Of a DNA stretch of 33,598 nt, positions 7,330 through 15,852 are shown piece by piece (the stretch's first letter is position 1; every line of letters starts with the position of its first letter). The notes under the pieces are model-generated. The model had not been told where the DNA came from. It worked only from the letters and a program-made list of their open reading frames with translations, and made no database searches. This DNA comes from a virus (taxonomy: Duplodnaviria > Caudoviricetes): the IMG/VR virus record IMGVR_UViG_3300014656_000084, positions 1 through 33,598 of that record, one strand, 5' to 3'. The position numbers and the translations under genes were made by a program.

Positions 7330-7902
7330 ATGATTAACAATAATGAAACTAAGATGGTTATGTTTGATAGTGATGAGGCAGCTACTTATAAGGCAAATAT
7401 ATCTGGTTGGGTAAGTAGGCATGGGCGCTTTTTAGGTAATGATGAGCGTGCTGCAAGGTATGATGGTTGTACCCATACTCGCTGTGAGGATTGCGGTGAG
7501 CCTGTTGATAGAGGTAGATTGGTATGTCCTCAATGCCATGAGAACAGACAAATAAAGAGATATGATGCCATGCCAAAAGAGGAATGGAACGGCGAGGGGA
7601 TGATCTATTCCGCTGCTGCCGATAGATTTTTCCGAGATTGGGATGACGTTGAAAATTGCCTTGAGGATGAAGGTGGGACAGCAGATAGTTTGCGCCTGAT
7701 AATCTGTGAGCCTGAATATTTACCACCAATTCCTGACGATTACGGTTGTGATGAGTTGGCTGAAGATGGTGAATTACCAGATGAAGTTGCTCAAGCAATA
7801 GAGGAATTTAACAAGGTGATTATAGCGGCGGGAGCAGTATCATGGTTTCCTGGGAAGAAAGCTGTATTATTACAAAGCAGTATGAGGGTAAAGAATGATT
7901 AA
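7330..7902 (+). CDS. Hypothetical phage protein with Zn-finger-like motifs
   Basis: AAGGAGGT RBS; ARYDGCTHTRCEDCG...CPQC. Confidence 0.8.
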   Translation: MINNNETKMVMFDSDEAATYKANISGWVSRHGRFLGNDERAARYDGCTHTRCEDCGEPVDRGRLVCPQCHENRQIKRYDAMPKEEWNGEGMIYSAAADRFFRDWDDVENCLEDEGGTADSLRLIICEPEYLPPIPDDYGCDELAEDGELPDEVAQAIEEFNKVIIAAGAVSWFPGKKAVLLQSSMRVKND

Positions 7903-8269
7903 GAGAGGCGTGACAATAACTATCTACTACCCGGGCTCGGTAATATCCTGCAACCACTATCTAGGGCGTAGGCGAGGCGGTGGAGAATACGTTAAGCCAG
8001 AAGCAAGAGCGTGGATGGATGCGCTCGGCTGGATGATAAAGCCATATCACATTGAGGACTGGAATATGCCTATCCATGTTACCTGTAATGGGAAATTTAG
8101 GGATGAAAGAAGTAGACCCGACCTTGCCAACATCGGAAAAATTTGCTTGGATGCGATTGAGGACGTGACACATATAAACGATAAGCACTACCGATGGCAT
8201 GACGGCTCGGTGGTGTTGAAGAAGGATGAGTTGCCAGAGCTACAGATAACCATTGAGGAGGGAGAATGA
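7895..8269 (+). CDS. rusA: RusA-like Holliday junction resolvase
   Basis: PG..IS.NH start, RPDLANIGKICLDAIED..HINDK catalytic pattern, terminal ITIEE strand. Confidence 0.75.
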   Translation: MIKRGVTITIYYPGSVISCNHYLGRRRGGGEYVKPEARAWMDALGWMIKPYHIEDWNMPIHVTCNGKFRDERSRPDLANIGKICLDAIEDVTHINDKHYRWHDGSVVLKKDELPELQITIEEGE

Positions 8270-8307
8270 AACGAGTATATAGATGGATATAAAGAAATAA
8301 AGGAGAA

Positions 8308-8529
8308 GTGATGCAAAAATACTTCCACGAACTAACAGAAGAAGAATACAAAGAAAAGGTTGACGGTAAGCTCACCTACGCTGAGTGTGACAGAGACTAT
8401 CCCCAGCCTGTATGGTGCGGTTATCACAATGCTACATGGGGATTACTAGGTTGCTGGTCACTGACAGACTTCCTAGTCACTGGAGAGGGCTACTGCAAGG
8501 ATTGCGATGCTTATATACGGATTTATTAA
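8308..8529 (+). CDS. Small Cys-rich hypothetical protein
   Basis: AAGGAG RBS; WC...GCW...CKDC. Confidence 0.7.
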   Translation: MMQKYFHELTEEEYKEKVDGKLTYAECDRDYPQPVWCGYHNATWGLLGCWSLTDFLVTGEGYCKDCDAYIRIY

Positions 8530-8543
8530 GGTGGAGGTAGAAA

Positions 8544-9089
8544 ATGAACGATACTGAGAAGACGGAGACTACAAAGCAAGCCAAAATAGATAAAATTACA
8601 AAGGGACTGACAGCGATATTAACCGACCCATCCTTAGTTGATAATGTTATAACTTATCTATATAGAAATCATGTGGTCATAGAAATAGAACCTTGGTTGG
8701 AATTACCTCTTGAAAGAGAAAAGAGTATTGGATGTCCTAGTTGTAGAGGGTATGGGAAGATTGACCATTATAAGAGGACAGAATATTATAGACCTACCCA
8801 TGCAGAGATGTATGATGATGGGCGACACGGTGGATGTTTCGGTAGAGAATACACCCATACAACAATTTGTGAGCGTTGCAAGGGTAAGAAACGAATACCT
8901 ATAAATGAAATACTTAAAGACGAGAAATGTCCTTGGTGTACAGATGGCAAAAAATATAATCATAGTTCGGAAAACCAGTTTCTTGTTCCTTGTTCACAAT
9001 GTGAGGGAACTGGTCAATTAAAACCACTTTTAATTAGAGGTTCTTTAAGGGATGTAATTGAGTACGCTATGGTTATAAGTTTGAAGTAG
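8544..9089 (+). CDS. Protein with four DnaJ-type CxxCxGxG-like zinc-finger repeats
   Basis: CPSCRGYG, CERCKGKK, CPWCTDGK, CSQCEGTG; GGAGG RBS. Confidence 0.8.
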   Translation: MNDTEKTETTKQAKIDKITKGLTAILTDPSLVDNVITYLYRNHVVIEIEPWLELPLEREKSIGCPSCRGYGKIDHYKRTEYYRPTHAEMYDDGRHGGCFGREYTHTTICERCKGKKRIPINEILKDEKCPWCTDGKKYNHSSENQFLVPCSQCEGTGQLKPLLIRGSLRDVIEYAMVISLK

Positions 9090-9102
9090 AAAGGAGAATT
9101 TA

Positions 9103-9447
9103 ATGAACGATGCTGAGAAGATTAAGAAGGTGAGGGAAGAGATACACGAAGTTATAACATATCCTACTTGCAAGAAGTGTCAGTATTGGGATAGGCAAGG
9201 GCATTATTGTTATAGCGAGAGCGTTGGGGTTGATTTAACAAGTTGTGAATTGCTTGACAAAATCCTCGCCATTGATGGGCTAGTGGTAAAGTCAGACGAC
9301 CAGAATTTGCCTGAATATCGGAAGTGTTCAGATGTATCCGATTTTTATAATAGTGAAGTGATAAAACCAGCCTTTAGAGATTGTTTTATACCGACTACAC
9401 CAACGGATATGCTTAAAGACGGCTGGATTAAACCAATAAGGAAGTAG
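9103..9447 (+). CDS. Hypothetical Cys-containing protein
   Basis: AAGGAG RBS; CKKCQYW...C. Confidence 0.72.
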   Translation: MNDAEKIKKVREEIHEVITYPTCKKCQYWDRQGHYCYSESVGVDLTSCELLDKILAIDGLVVKSDDQNLPEYRKCSDVSDFYNSEVIKPAFRDCFIPTTPTDMLKDGWIKPIRK

Positions 9448-9450
9448 CCC

Positions 9451-9654
9451 ATGAGGTACGCATTACCGATATTCCATTGCCTACCTGGTAAGGTACAGGG
9501 TATACTCAGAAAGCACATGGATAGTATACCGCCCTGTGTATGGGTAGAGTGGCCGCATGATATCCAGCAGGTGATTACGGTTGTGCTGGACAAGTCCATA
9601 GACTACGGTAAGTTTATGAGAAAATCGCCAAGCAGCCCCAAGAAGACGAAATGA
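9451..9654 (+). CDS. Hypothetical protein
   Basis: 67-aa ORF filling the operon gap; weak RBS. Confidence 0.5.
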   Translation: MRYALPIFHCLPGKVQGILRKHMDSIPPCVWVEWPHDIQQVITVVLDKSIDYGKFMRKSPSSPKKTK

Positions 9655-9658
9655 GTGA

Positions 9659-10081
9659 ATGAGTGAGAAGGACTGGTTTTCACCCGGTTCAATCCGTTTC
9701 ACCAGAGACGAAATGATATGGCTGGTCAACTGGTTACCGGTACTCAAAGAGGGTATCTGGCCGCCCGAGCACCGGGAAACAGGATATATAGGTTTGCCTG
9801 GCACTAAAGGGCACAGAGCGCCATTTGAGGACCCTGCGGGCTTTGCAGGGGAAGTAAATATCCGGCTCAGTACCACCGGGGAGGCCGGAGAGGCCCTGGT
9901 CGATGAAGTGCAGAGCGGCTTAGAACTTGAGCAATTAAGTAGACCGGCACGGAGGGCGTTGAACTACATATCTGGATGGAGGAGGCGGAGATTATCCTAT
10001 CGGGCCTGGGTAAGACAGGTTGATTACAGAGCGAAAAAGGATATTATTATGAAGCGAAAACGTATTCATTTTAAGTCCTGA
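9659..10081 (+). CDS. Basic hypothetical protein; positional candidate for late-gene activator or antiterminator
   Basis: Last gene before the late promoter; Arg-rich C-terminus; function inferred from position only. Confidence 0.6.
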   Translation: MSEKDWFSPGSIRFTRDEMIWLVNWLPVLKEGIWPPEHRETGYIGLPGTKGHRAPFEDPAGFAGEVNIRLSTTGEAGEALVDEVQSGLELEQLSRPARRALNYISGWRRRRLSYRAWVRQVDYRAKKDIIMKRKRIHFKS

Positions 10082-10107
10082 ATATCAAGGCTAATTAAAG
10101 AAAAAAC

Positions 10108-10136
10108 TTGACAGAATACAGAATATGTGCTAGTGT
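10108..10136 (+). promoter_or_regulatory. Putative late promoter
   Basis: TTGACA (10108-10113), 17-bp spacer, TGc-TAGTGT (10131-10136); spacer contains tandem ACAGAAT. Confidence 0.7.
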
Positions 10137-10159
10137 AAAATCAGCGACAGTTGTGAGAT

Positions 10160-10192
10160 AAGCCACCGGTTACCCCCGGTGGTTTTGCTTTT
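10160..10192 (+). terminator. Promoter-proximal rho-independent terminator
   Basis: AAGCCACCGG / CCGGTGGTTT stem followed by TGCTTTT. Confidence 0.7.
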
Positions 10193-10322
10193 AAGGGGGA
10201 ATATGACAACTAACGGCAATGGGTTTTAATTAGTAAGAGGTGACACCGCTGTATATTATTATAGTATATTATAATATACATGGGCGAAAGCGTAAGCTGA
10301 ATATTACATAAAGGTAAAAGTT

Positions 10323-10712
10323 GTGAAATTAAACCAGATAACTTGGGCCAGATGGCGGGTAATTGACCCTTACAACGATAAGTATTACAACGTGTTTACG
10401 GTAAGCATACCACAGCCGAGTTATCAATATCCATGTGCAGCGGTATTGTTGAGTATCGCAAGCGGCAAGAACAAGGTACTACTCCGGTTTGGTTCATTAG
10501 ATGAATTGAGAGAAATATTTATCACCCCTGATGATTACAGGGAACGGTTAGAGCTAGGGTATCGGATGGCGATAGAGCAACGAGACAAAATACAACGACA
10601 TCTCAAAACCTTTATAGCGTTAGAGACGGCAAAGGGAGCAGTTGTCGATACTGGGACAGGTGAGATATTGGCAGAAGCGGAGAGAATCGTAAATGGTAAG
10701 CAACGGCAATAA
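10323..10712 (+). CDS. Hypothetical protein
   Basis: GTG start, 129 aa, C-terminal VDTGTGEI motif; overlaps terS. Confidence 0.65.
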   Translation: MKLNQITWARWRVIDPYNDKYYNVFTVSIPQPSYQYPCAAVLLSIASGKNKVLLRFGSLDELREIFITPDDYRERLELGYRMAIEQRDKIQRHLKTFIALETAKGAVVDTGTGEILAEAERIVNGKQRQ

Positions 10713-11145
10713 CGGCAATAGTACAAATGGACTTAGTAAAAAAAGAGAGCAGACAGCCGAGAGGATAATTAAAGCCTTGGGCGAGACTCAGGGCTTGCTT
10801 ACTATGGCAGCCCGTAAGGCCGGCGTATCGTATACCACTGTCAAGAGATATGCGACTGAGTTTCAGTCTGTAAGGGAAGCAGTACAGGAAGCCAAAGAGT
10901 CAATGCTTGACTTTGCCGAGGGTAAACTATATAGTAAAATTAAAGACGGCGATAATGCCTGTATTATTTTCTACCTGAAGACCCAAGGTAAAGCACGAGG
11001 CTTTATAGAACGGCAAGAAGTATCTGGCAGAGACGGAGAGGCAATTAAGATTGAGCAAACAATTCGGCATATCACACAAGAAGAGCTTCACCCTGCTATA
11101 GAGGCTTTAGTCAAAGCCGGTGTTGTAGCTATAAACCAGAACTAA
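10693..11145 (+). CDS. terS: Terminase small subunit
   Basis: N-terminal HTH (AARKAGVSYTTV..Y), IIFYLKTQGKARGFIER motif; directly upstream of terL. Confidence 0.85.
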   Translation: MVSNGNNGNSTNGLSKKREQTAERIIKALGETQGLLTMAARKAGVSYTTVKRYATEFQSVREAVQEAKESMLDFAEGKLYSKIKDGDNACIIFYLKTQGKARGFIERQEVSGRDGEAIKIEQTIRHITQEELHPAIEALVKAGVVAINQN

Positions 11146-11158
11146 ATAGGAGACTATA

Positions 11159-12466
11159 TTGGTAGTAGCCGAGCGTCCAAAACTATTATGGTCAGTAGGA
11201 CCGGAGACGGGTTCGGAAATACATGACCTTTCTTTGGCGTGGACGAAATACATTCCTCTTAAGCCGACTCCTAAGCAGCTGGCCTTTTTACTTCTACCCT
11301 GTCTCGAGGCTTTATTTGGTGGAGCAGGAGGCCCTGGTAAGAGTGTGGGTCTGCTTATGGCAGCTCTCCAATACGTTGATACAAAAGATTATGCCGCCTT
11401 AATTATCAGGCGGACATATGCGGATTTATCCCTGCCAGGTGCTCTAATGGAAGTATCGCGCTCTTGGCTTACTAATACAGATGCTAGGTGGAGTGATATG
11501 GAGAAGTCCTGGCATTTTCCCGCTGGTGCTTCGCTTACTTTTGGGTATCTGGATAATATCCGAGACTTGGACAGGTATCAGTCAGCAGCTTTTCAATTTA
11601 TCGGCTTCGATGAACTTACTCAATTTCCTGAACGATACTATACTTATATGTTCTCCAGGACGAGAAGATTAATGGGCTCTAGTGTCCCCATTCGTATGAG
11701 GTCAGCATCAAACCCGGGTAATATTGGGCACGACTGGGTAAAGAGGCGGTTCATGGACGAGCGAAGTACGGCTAGAGTTTTCCTCCCGGCTAAGCTCGCT
11801 GATAACCCTCATATTGATGCTGCTGAGTACCACAAATCCCTTGCGGAGCTTGACCCTATTACACAACGGCAGATAGAGGATGGGGATTGGACAGCCAGGC
11901 ATGGAGGTTCTAAGTTCCGGCGGGAGTGGTTTGAGATTGTCGATGTTGCGCCTGCTGAGGTTACATCTGTAAGATGTTGGGATATGGCAGCTACAGAAGC
12001 TAAGGCAGGAAAAGACCCTGATTGGACTGTGGGGTTACGCATGGGCAGGACTGCAAATAATATCCTGTACATTATGGACATAAGGCGGATGAGGGGCACG
12101 CCGAACACTACGGAGCAGTTAATTAAGCAGACCGCGGAGCTTGATGGCAGGGCAGTCAAGATACGGATGGAGCAGGAGCCGGGATCGAGTGGAATTAAGG
12201 CGATAGACGATTATAAGCGTAGAGTGCTTATGGGTTATGATTTCAAGGGCGTCCCGTCTACAGGTTCAAAAGAGGTTCGGGCTAATCCTGTAGCGAGTCA
12301 GGCTGAAGCAGGCAATATTAAAATTGTAAGGGGATCGTGGAATACTGCATTCCTTGATGAGATAGAGCTTTTTCCCCAAGGCTCACATGATGACATTTGT
12401 GATGCTTTATCAGGAGCTTTGGATGCCTTGGTTGGAGTTGGAGATAGACCTTTTATGATAGGATGA
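11159..12466 (+). CDS. terL: Terminase large subunit
   Basis: Walker A GGAGGPGKS, Walker B FIGFDE, ASNPG coupling motif, nuclease WDMA...HDDICDA. Confidence 0.95.
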   Translation: MVVAERPKLLWSVGPETGSEIHDLSLAWTKYIPLKPTPKQLAFLLLPCLEALFGGAGGPGKSVGLLMAALQYVDTKDYAALIIRRTYADLSLPGALMEVSRSWLTNTDARWSDMEKSWHFPAGASLTFGYLDNIRDLDRYQSAAFQFIGFDELTQFPERYYTYMFSRTRRLMGSSVPIRMRSASNPGNIGHDWVKRRFMDERSTARVFLPAKLADNPHIDAAEYHKSLAELDPITQRQIEDGDWTARHGGSKFRREWFEIVDVAPAEVTSVRCWDMAATEAKAGKDPDWTVGLRMGRTANNILYIMDIRRMRGTPNTTEQLIKQTAELDGRAVKIRMEQEPGSSGIKAIDDYKRRVLMGYDFKGVPSTGSKEVRANPVASQAEAGNIKIVRGSWNTAFLDEIELFPQGSHDDICDALSGALDALVGVGDRPFMIG

Positions 12467-12627
12467 TGGAAAAGGTTCGATGTGAAATATGTGGTGAGGT
12501 AATGACTTCAGAGGATGCTCTGGAGCACAAGATAAAAACTGGACACAATAGCTGGACATTATTATTAACCAAGGAGGATAAAAATGGCAGTCAGAATATT
12601 ACCACCGAGTGTAGGGGATTCTTATGA
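12463..12627 (+). CDS. 54-aa C2H2-type zinc-finger micro-protein (not in the ORF track)
   Basis: ATGA overlap with the terL stop; MMEKVRCEICGEVMTSEDALEHKIKTGH... Confidence 0.6.
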   Translation: MMEKVRCEICGEVMTSEDALEHKIKTGHNSWTLLLTKEDKNGSQNITTECRGFL

Positions 12628-13624
12628 GGGACTCTCGACGGATAGTAAACCTACTGGAGTTGTGATTAACTCCACGTTCCGGGAGCAGAACACACAGTCA
12701 ACATGGATAACCTATGATGGCACGAATTGGGTGCTGAAAGAGCAAACGGGCGAAGTGCAAGCGACGCCTACGAGCAATACAGTATTGGCGAGGCTCAAAG
12801 ATATAAAGACCTCCGTTGCGGAGTTAAAGACACTAATTGTGCTGGCTGCTGGCACTGCTGTAGTTGGTAATGTAGGTATTGACCAGACTACGCCGGAGAC
12901 AACCAATAGGGTTGTGACGCATAAGAGACAAGCGCCAGCACTTCACAGGGACAATATCTCAGCGCAGGATATATTAGCCACTCCGGCGGCACCGGGAGCA
13001 GGCGACAGACCGACAGAAGGCTCTTTACTGGCTAATACCAATTACAAATATCGTGTCTCGGCGGTAAACGATAACGGCGTGACAGTAGCCTCAACAGTGG
13101 GCAATATTACCACGTCTGCCGATGGTTTGAATACCCACAGAATCAGGCTTACCATTACCAAAGTGACAGGGGCTTTGAAATACAACATCTTCTGCTCGGT
13201 AGATGCTAGCCCGAAATATCAGGGACAGGTTGCCGATGGTGGTGGCGCAACAACTGATTATGACGTAGACACGACTGGTGCAGGAGCAGTAAGCGTGACG
13301 GAGGGCTTTGCATGGAATGAGCCGGCAGTTGGTGGTGGCATAGATTGTGCAGGCTTTGAAGGCGTGGACTTTGACTGCAAAATAACTCTGGGTGGGACTT
13401 CACCAGTAATTGAGTTGACGCCGATTTATTACGATTCTGTTGACGCTCAGTGGTATGCCGGCGAAAGTTTATTCTTCACTGGTTCAGCAGGCGGTGGTGG
13501 CGTGATACGAGGGAAACTCAGAGTACGCTGTTATGCCAAAGGTGCGATAGCATTTCTACAGGTGAGAAGCCTGACTGGCACGACACCCTCGTTTTCGCTC
13601 ACAGTTTACGGCAGTAGATTCTAA
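12584..13624 (+). CDS. Beta-rich putative virion protein (fibre or decoration; fn3-like central part)
   Basis: AAGGAGG RBS; Thr/Gly-rich; YKYRVSAVNDNG...VTGALKYNIF fn3-like strands. Confidence 0.65.
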   Translation: MAVRILPPSVGDSYEGLSTDSKPTGVVINSTFREQNTQSTWITYDGTNWVLKEQTGEVQATPTSNTVLARLKDIKTSVAELKTLIVLAAGTAVVGNVGIDQTTPETTNRVVTHKRQAPALHRDNISAQDILATPAAPGAGDRPTEGSLLANTNYKYRVSAVNDNGVTVASTVGNITTSADGLNTHRIRLTITKVTGALKYNIFCSVDASPKYQGQVADGGGATTDYDVDTTGAGAVSVTEGFAWNEPAVGGGIDCAGFEGVDFDCKITLGGTSPVIELTPIYYDSVDAQWYAGESLFFTGSAGGGGVIRGKLRVRCYAKGAIAFLQVRSLTGTTPSFSLTVYGSRF

Positions 13625-13633
13625 GGAGTCCGA

Positions 13634-14428
13634 ATGGCTAATTTAACATTACTCAAAGAAAAATATCTCACGAGGTTGCCTTCGGGATTGGTGAGAACTG
13701 ATGTAATGCCTGTTAATCCTGATTTAAGGCAGAGGGATTATAGACTTGTACTTGATATGCCTGGAATAGACCAGAGAATTGGGGATACTATTCTATTTGA
13801 CCGTTCTGGTATACAGCCTCCGAATCACGGCACAATCGTAGGTGCAACGTGGAGGTCTGCCAATGGACTTATGACTTTGAGATACGATGGTGACGACTAT
13901 GTTAATATTGATGTTGTCCTTCCCGAACTTGCTAATACTAAGAAAGGTACATGGATGACTTGGGTGAAGCTGGATGATGCTACTCCAGCAACTTCTGCCA
14001 ACATCATAACATTTGGTGATACTAGTGCTAGCGAGTATATCCTGATGCAGATAACAACAACTGGATTGTTATATTGTGCATTAAATATTGCTGGAGTTGG
14101 GCAGTGGAGATTAGATACTGATGCATCAGTAATATCTGACTACACTTGGGTGCATTTAGCACTAATACAGGATGGAGTTGCACCTGTTTTATTAGTCAAT
14201 GGAGAAGCAGTTGCCCAAGCATTTTTACTGGCTACTAATACAACGGCATGGTTTGCAGATTGTGCTGGAATTGATAATGGACGAATTGGTTGTTTTAATT
14301 ATAATGCGGGTGGTAATATAGCGTTTATCACCAACGGCAACACTGGTTTCACCAGAATAGCCAATTATGACCTCACTCAAGAGCGAATTCAAGCGATAGT
14401 AGCAAGCGAACTCGGATGGTGGTTATAA
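13634..14428 (+). CDS. LamG/concanavalin-A-like jelly-roll protein (putative glycan-binding virion protein)
   Basis: FDRSG...NHGT..GATW, YDGDDYV, TWMTWVK, WVHLAL..DG....L.VNG, final LT..RI.AI motif. Confidence 0.82.
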   Translation: MANLTLLKEKYLTRLPSGLVRTDVMPVNPDLRQRDYRLVLDMPGIDQRIGDTILFDRSGIQPPNHGTIVGATWRSANGLMTLRYDGDDYVNIDVVLPELANTKKGTWMTWVKLDDATPATSANIITFGDTSASEYILMQITTTGLLYCALNIAGVGQWRLDTDASVISDYTWVHLALIQDGVAPVLLVNGEAVAQAFLLATNTTAWFADCAGIDNGRIGCFNYNAGGNIAFITNGNTGFTRIANYDLTQERIQAIVASELGWWL

Positions 14429-14472
14429 TGCTTAATTTATCGGCTATTCGGCAAACAGTGAGGAAAGAGTAA

Positions 14473-14784
14473 ATGGTCATACAAAATGATAATTCGGCAA
14501 GGGGCGTAGAAAGAATGGCAACAGTAAGCGAGATATTCTGGCACAAGAATAGTCACGGGAAATGCCCTCAGTGTGGGCGAGAGCGTGACCTGGGTATGGT
14601 CAATGACAAATTCCAAGACCAGTTCAAAGACCGCTGTATTGACTGCTGTTTCGGCCCGCCTATGGAATACTGGGACATGTGTGACGCCTGCGGACAACTT
14701 TACGTAGGTGAGCACTGCGATAACCCTAAGTGTGCTGAGGGGTCACCGGAGACACCCCCGCCCAGTGAGGCTGTGAACCCATGA
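14473..14784 (+). CDS. Cys-rich metal-binding protein
   Basis: CPQC, CIDCC, CDAC and HCDNPKC in 103 aa. Confidence 0.7.
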   Translation: MVIQNDNSARGVERMATVSEIFWHKNSHGKCPQCGRERDLGMVNDKFQDQFKDRCIDCCFGPPMEYWDMCDACGQLYVGEHCDNPKCAEGSPETPPPSEAVNP

Positions 14785-14843
14785 CAACGTATTTGCTAGG
14801 TGCGTATTTACTGAATGAAAACGGAGCGTATTTGCTGGAATGA
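14781..14843 (+). CDS. 20-aa repeat peptide MTTYLLGAYLLNENGAYLLE (not in the ORF track)
   Basis: ATGA overlaps at both ends (upstream stop 14782-14784, downstream start 14840); three YLL repeats with synonymous codon variation. Confidence 0.6.
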   Translation: MTTYLLGAYLLNENGAYLLE

Positions 14844-15673
14844 AGATTATACGAGTCTTTCCCCGCCGTACTTCATTCACCCCAAAAGATGATATGGCTG
14901 TTGTTGGCTCTCCCCCCCTATTTATGCCTGCCCCAACTGCTGTATCAGACATCGAGGTTCACGTATCCTGCACCTTTACTTGGGACAAACCGAAAGCGGA
15001 ATATTTGGCTAAGGCATGGCGGCAATATTTCCCTGTAAAAATTGGCGGTCCCGCTTATGATGACCCCTGCGATGGTTTTACACCTGGGCTATATCTTAAG
15101 CAGGGTGTAGTCATCACAAGCCGTGGTTGTAACCATAAATGCCCGTGGTGTCTGGTGTGGCGCAGAGAGGGGGCATTGCGGTTGCTTACAATCACAGAGG
15201 GGAACATTGAGCAGTCAAATAGCCTACTACAATGCCCACGTTCTCACATCGATAGCGTCCTTGATATGCTTACTACTCAACACCAGGTCTGTTTAGCGGG
15301 CGGTTTGGAATCTTCTCTGGTTAGTCAATGGTTTGCGGATAGAGTCCGTTCCCTTAGAATCAAACAGGTATTCATGGCGTGCGATACCAAAGAGGCTATC
15401 AAGCCGCTCCGCAAAGCCATTAACCTATTAGGGCTTGGACAGCATAAGACCTACTGCTACGTCCTTTTGAAGTTCAACCCTAATGAGACTATAAGCGAAG
15501 CCACTGAACGCATGATTGATATTTGGCAGGCTGGCGCTACGCCCTTCGCCCAGCTTTACCAGCCGCCGGATCACTGGATAGATTACCCTATCGAATGGAG
15601 GCACTTTCAGCGCACGTGGTCGAGACCAGCGGCAATGAGAGCATTTATGAAGTCTTTTCCACACTCTCCCTAA
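14840..15673 (+). CDS. Radical SAM protein (phage-type, with N-terminal region resembling a truncated B12-binding domain)
   Basis: TSRGCNHKCPWC (CxxxCxxC) at 15128-15151; VSCTFTW...IGGPA N-terminus; YVL and PFAQLY C-terminal motifs. Confidence 0.88.
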   Translation: MKIIRVFPRRTSFTPKDDMAVVGSPPLFMPAPTAVSDIEVHVSCTFTWDKPKAEYLAKAWRQYFPVKIGGPAYDDPCDGFTPGLYLKQGVVITSRGCNHKCPWCLVWRREGALRLLTITEGNIEQSNSLLQCPRSHIDSVLDMLTTQHQVCLAGGLESSLVSQWFADRVRSLRIKQVFMACDTKEAIKPLRKAINLLGLGQHKTYCYVLLKFNPNETISEATERMIDIWQAGATPFAQLYQPPDHWIDYPIEWRHFQRTWSRPAAMRAFMKSFPHSP

Positions 15674-15852
15674 TTTAGAAAAGGAGCTAAAGAGTGAATG
15701 ATTACACATCAAATGCCGGAAAGCCAATTTATCGATACGGATAATTGAAACAATACGGCTGGAAGAGCAAACTGTGACTGTGACCTTTGACAGCATCAGC
15801 ACAAGTACAAAATATAGTCAATCAAGAAAAACATCTTTTAGGAGTGTGAGGG

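Noticed and set aside
15698-15850. Short ORFs between rSAM and the 15853 gene
   Set aside because: The RBS-linked ATG gives only 16 aa and the longer frame lacks a start; possibly a decayed gene, but not supportable.
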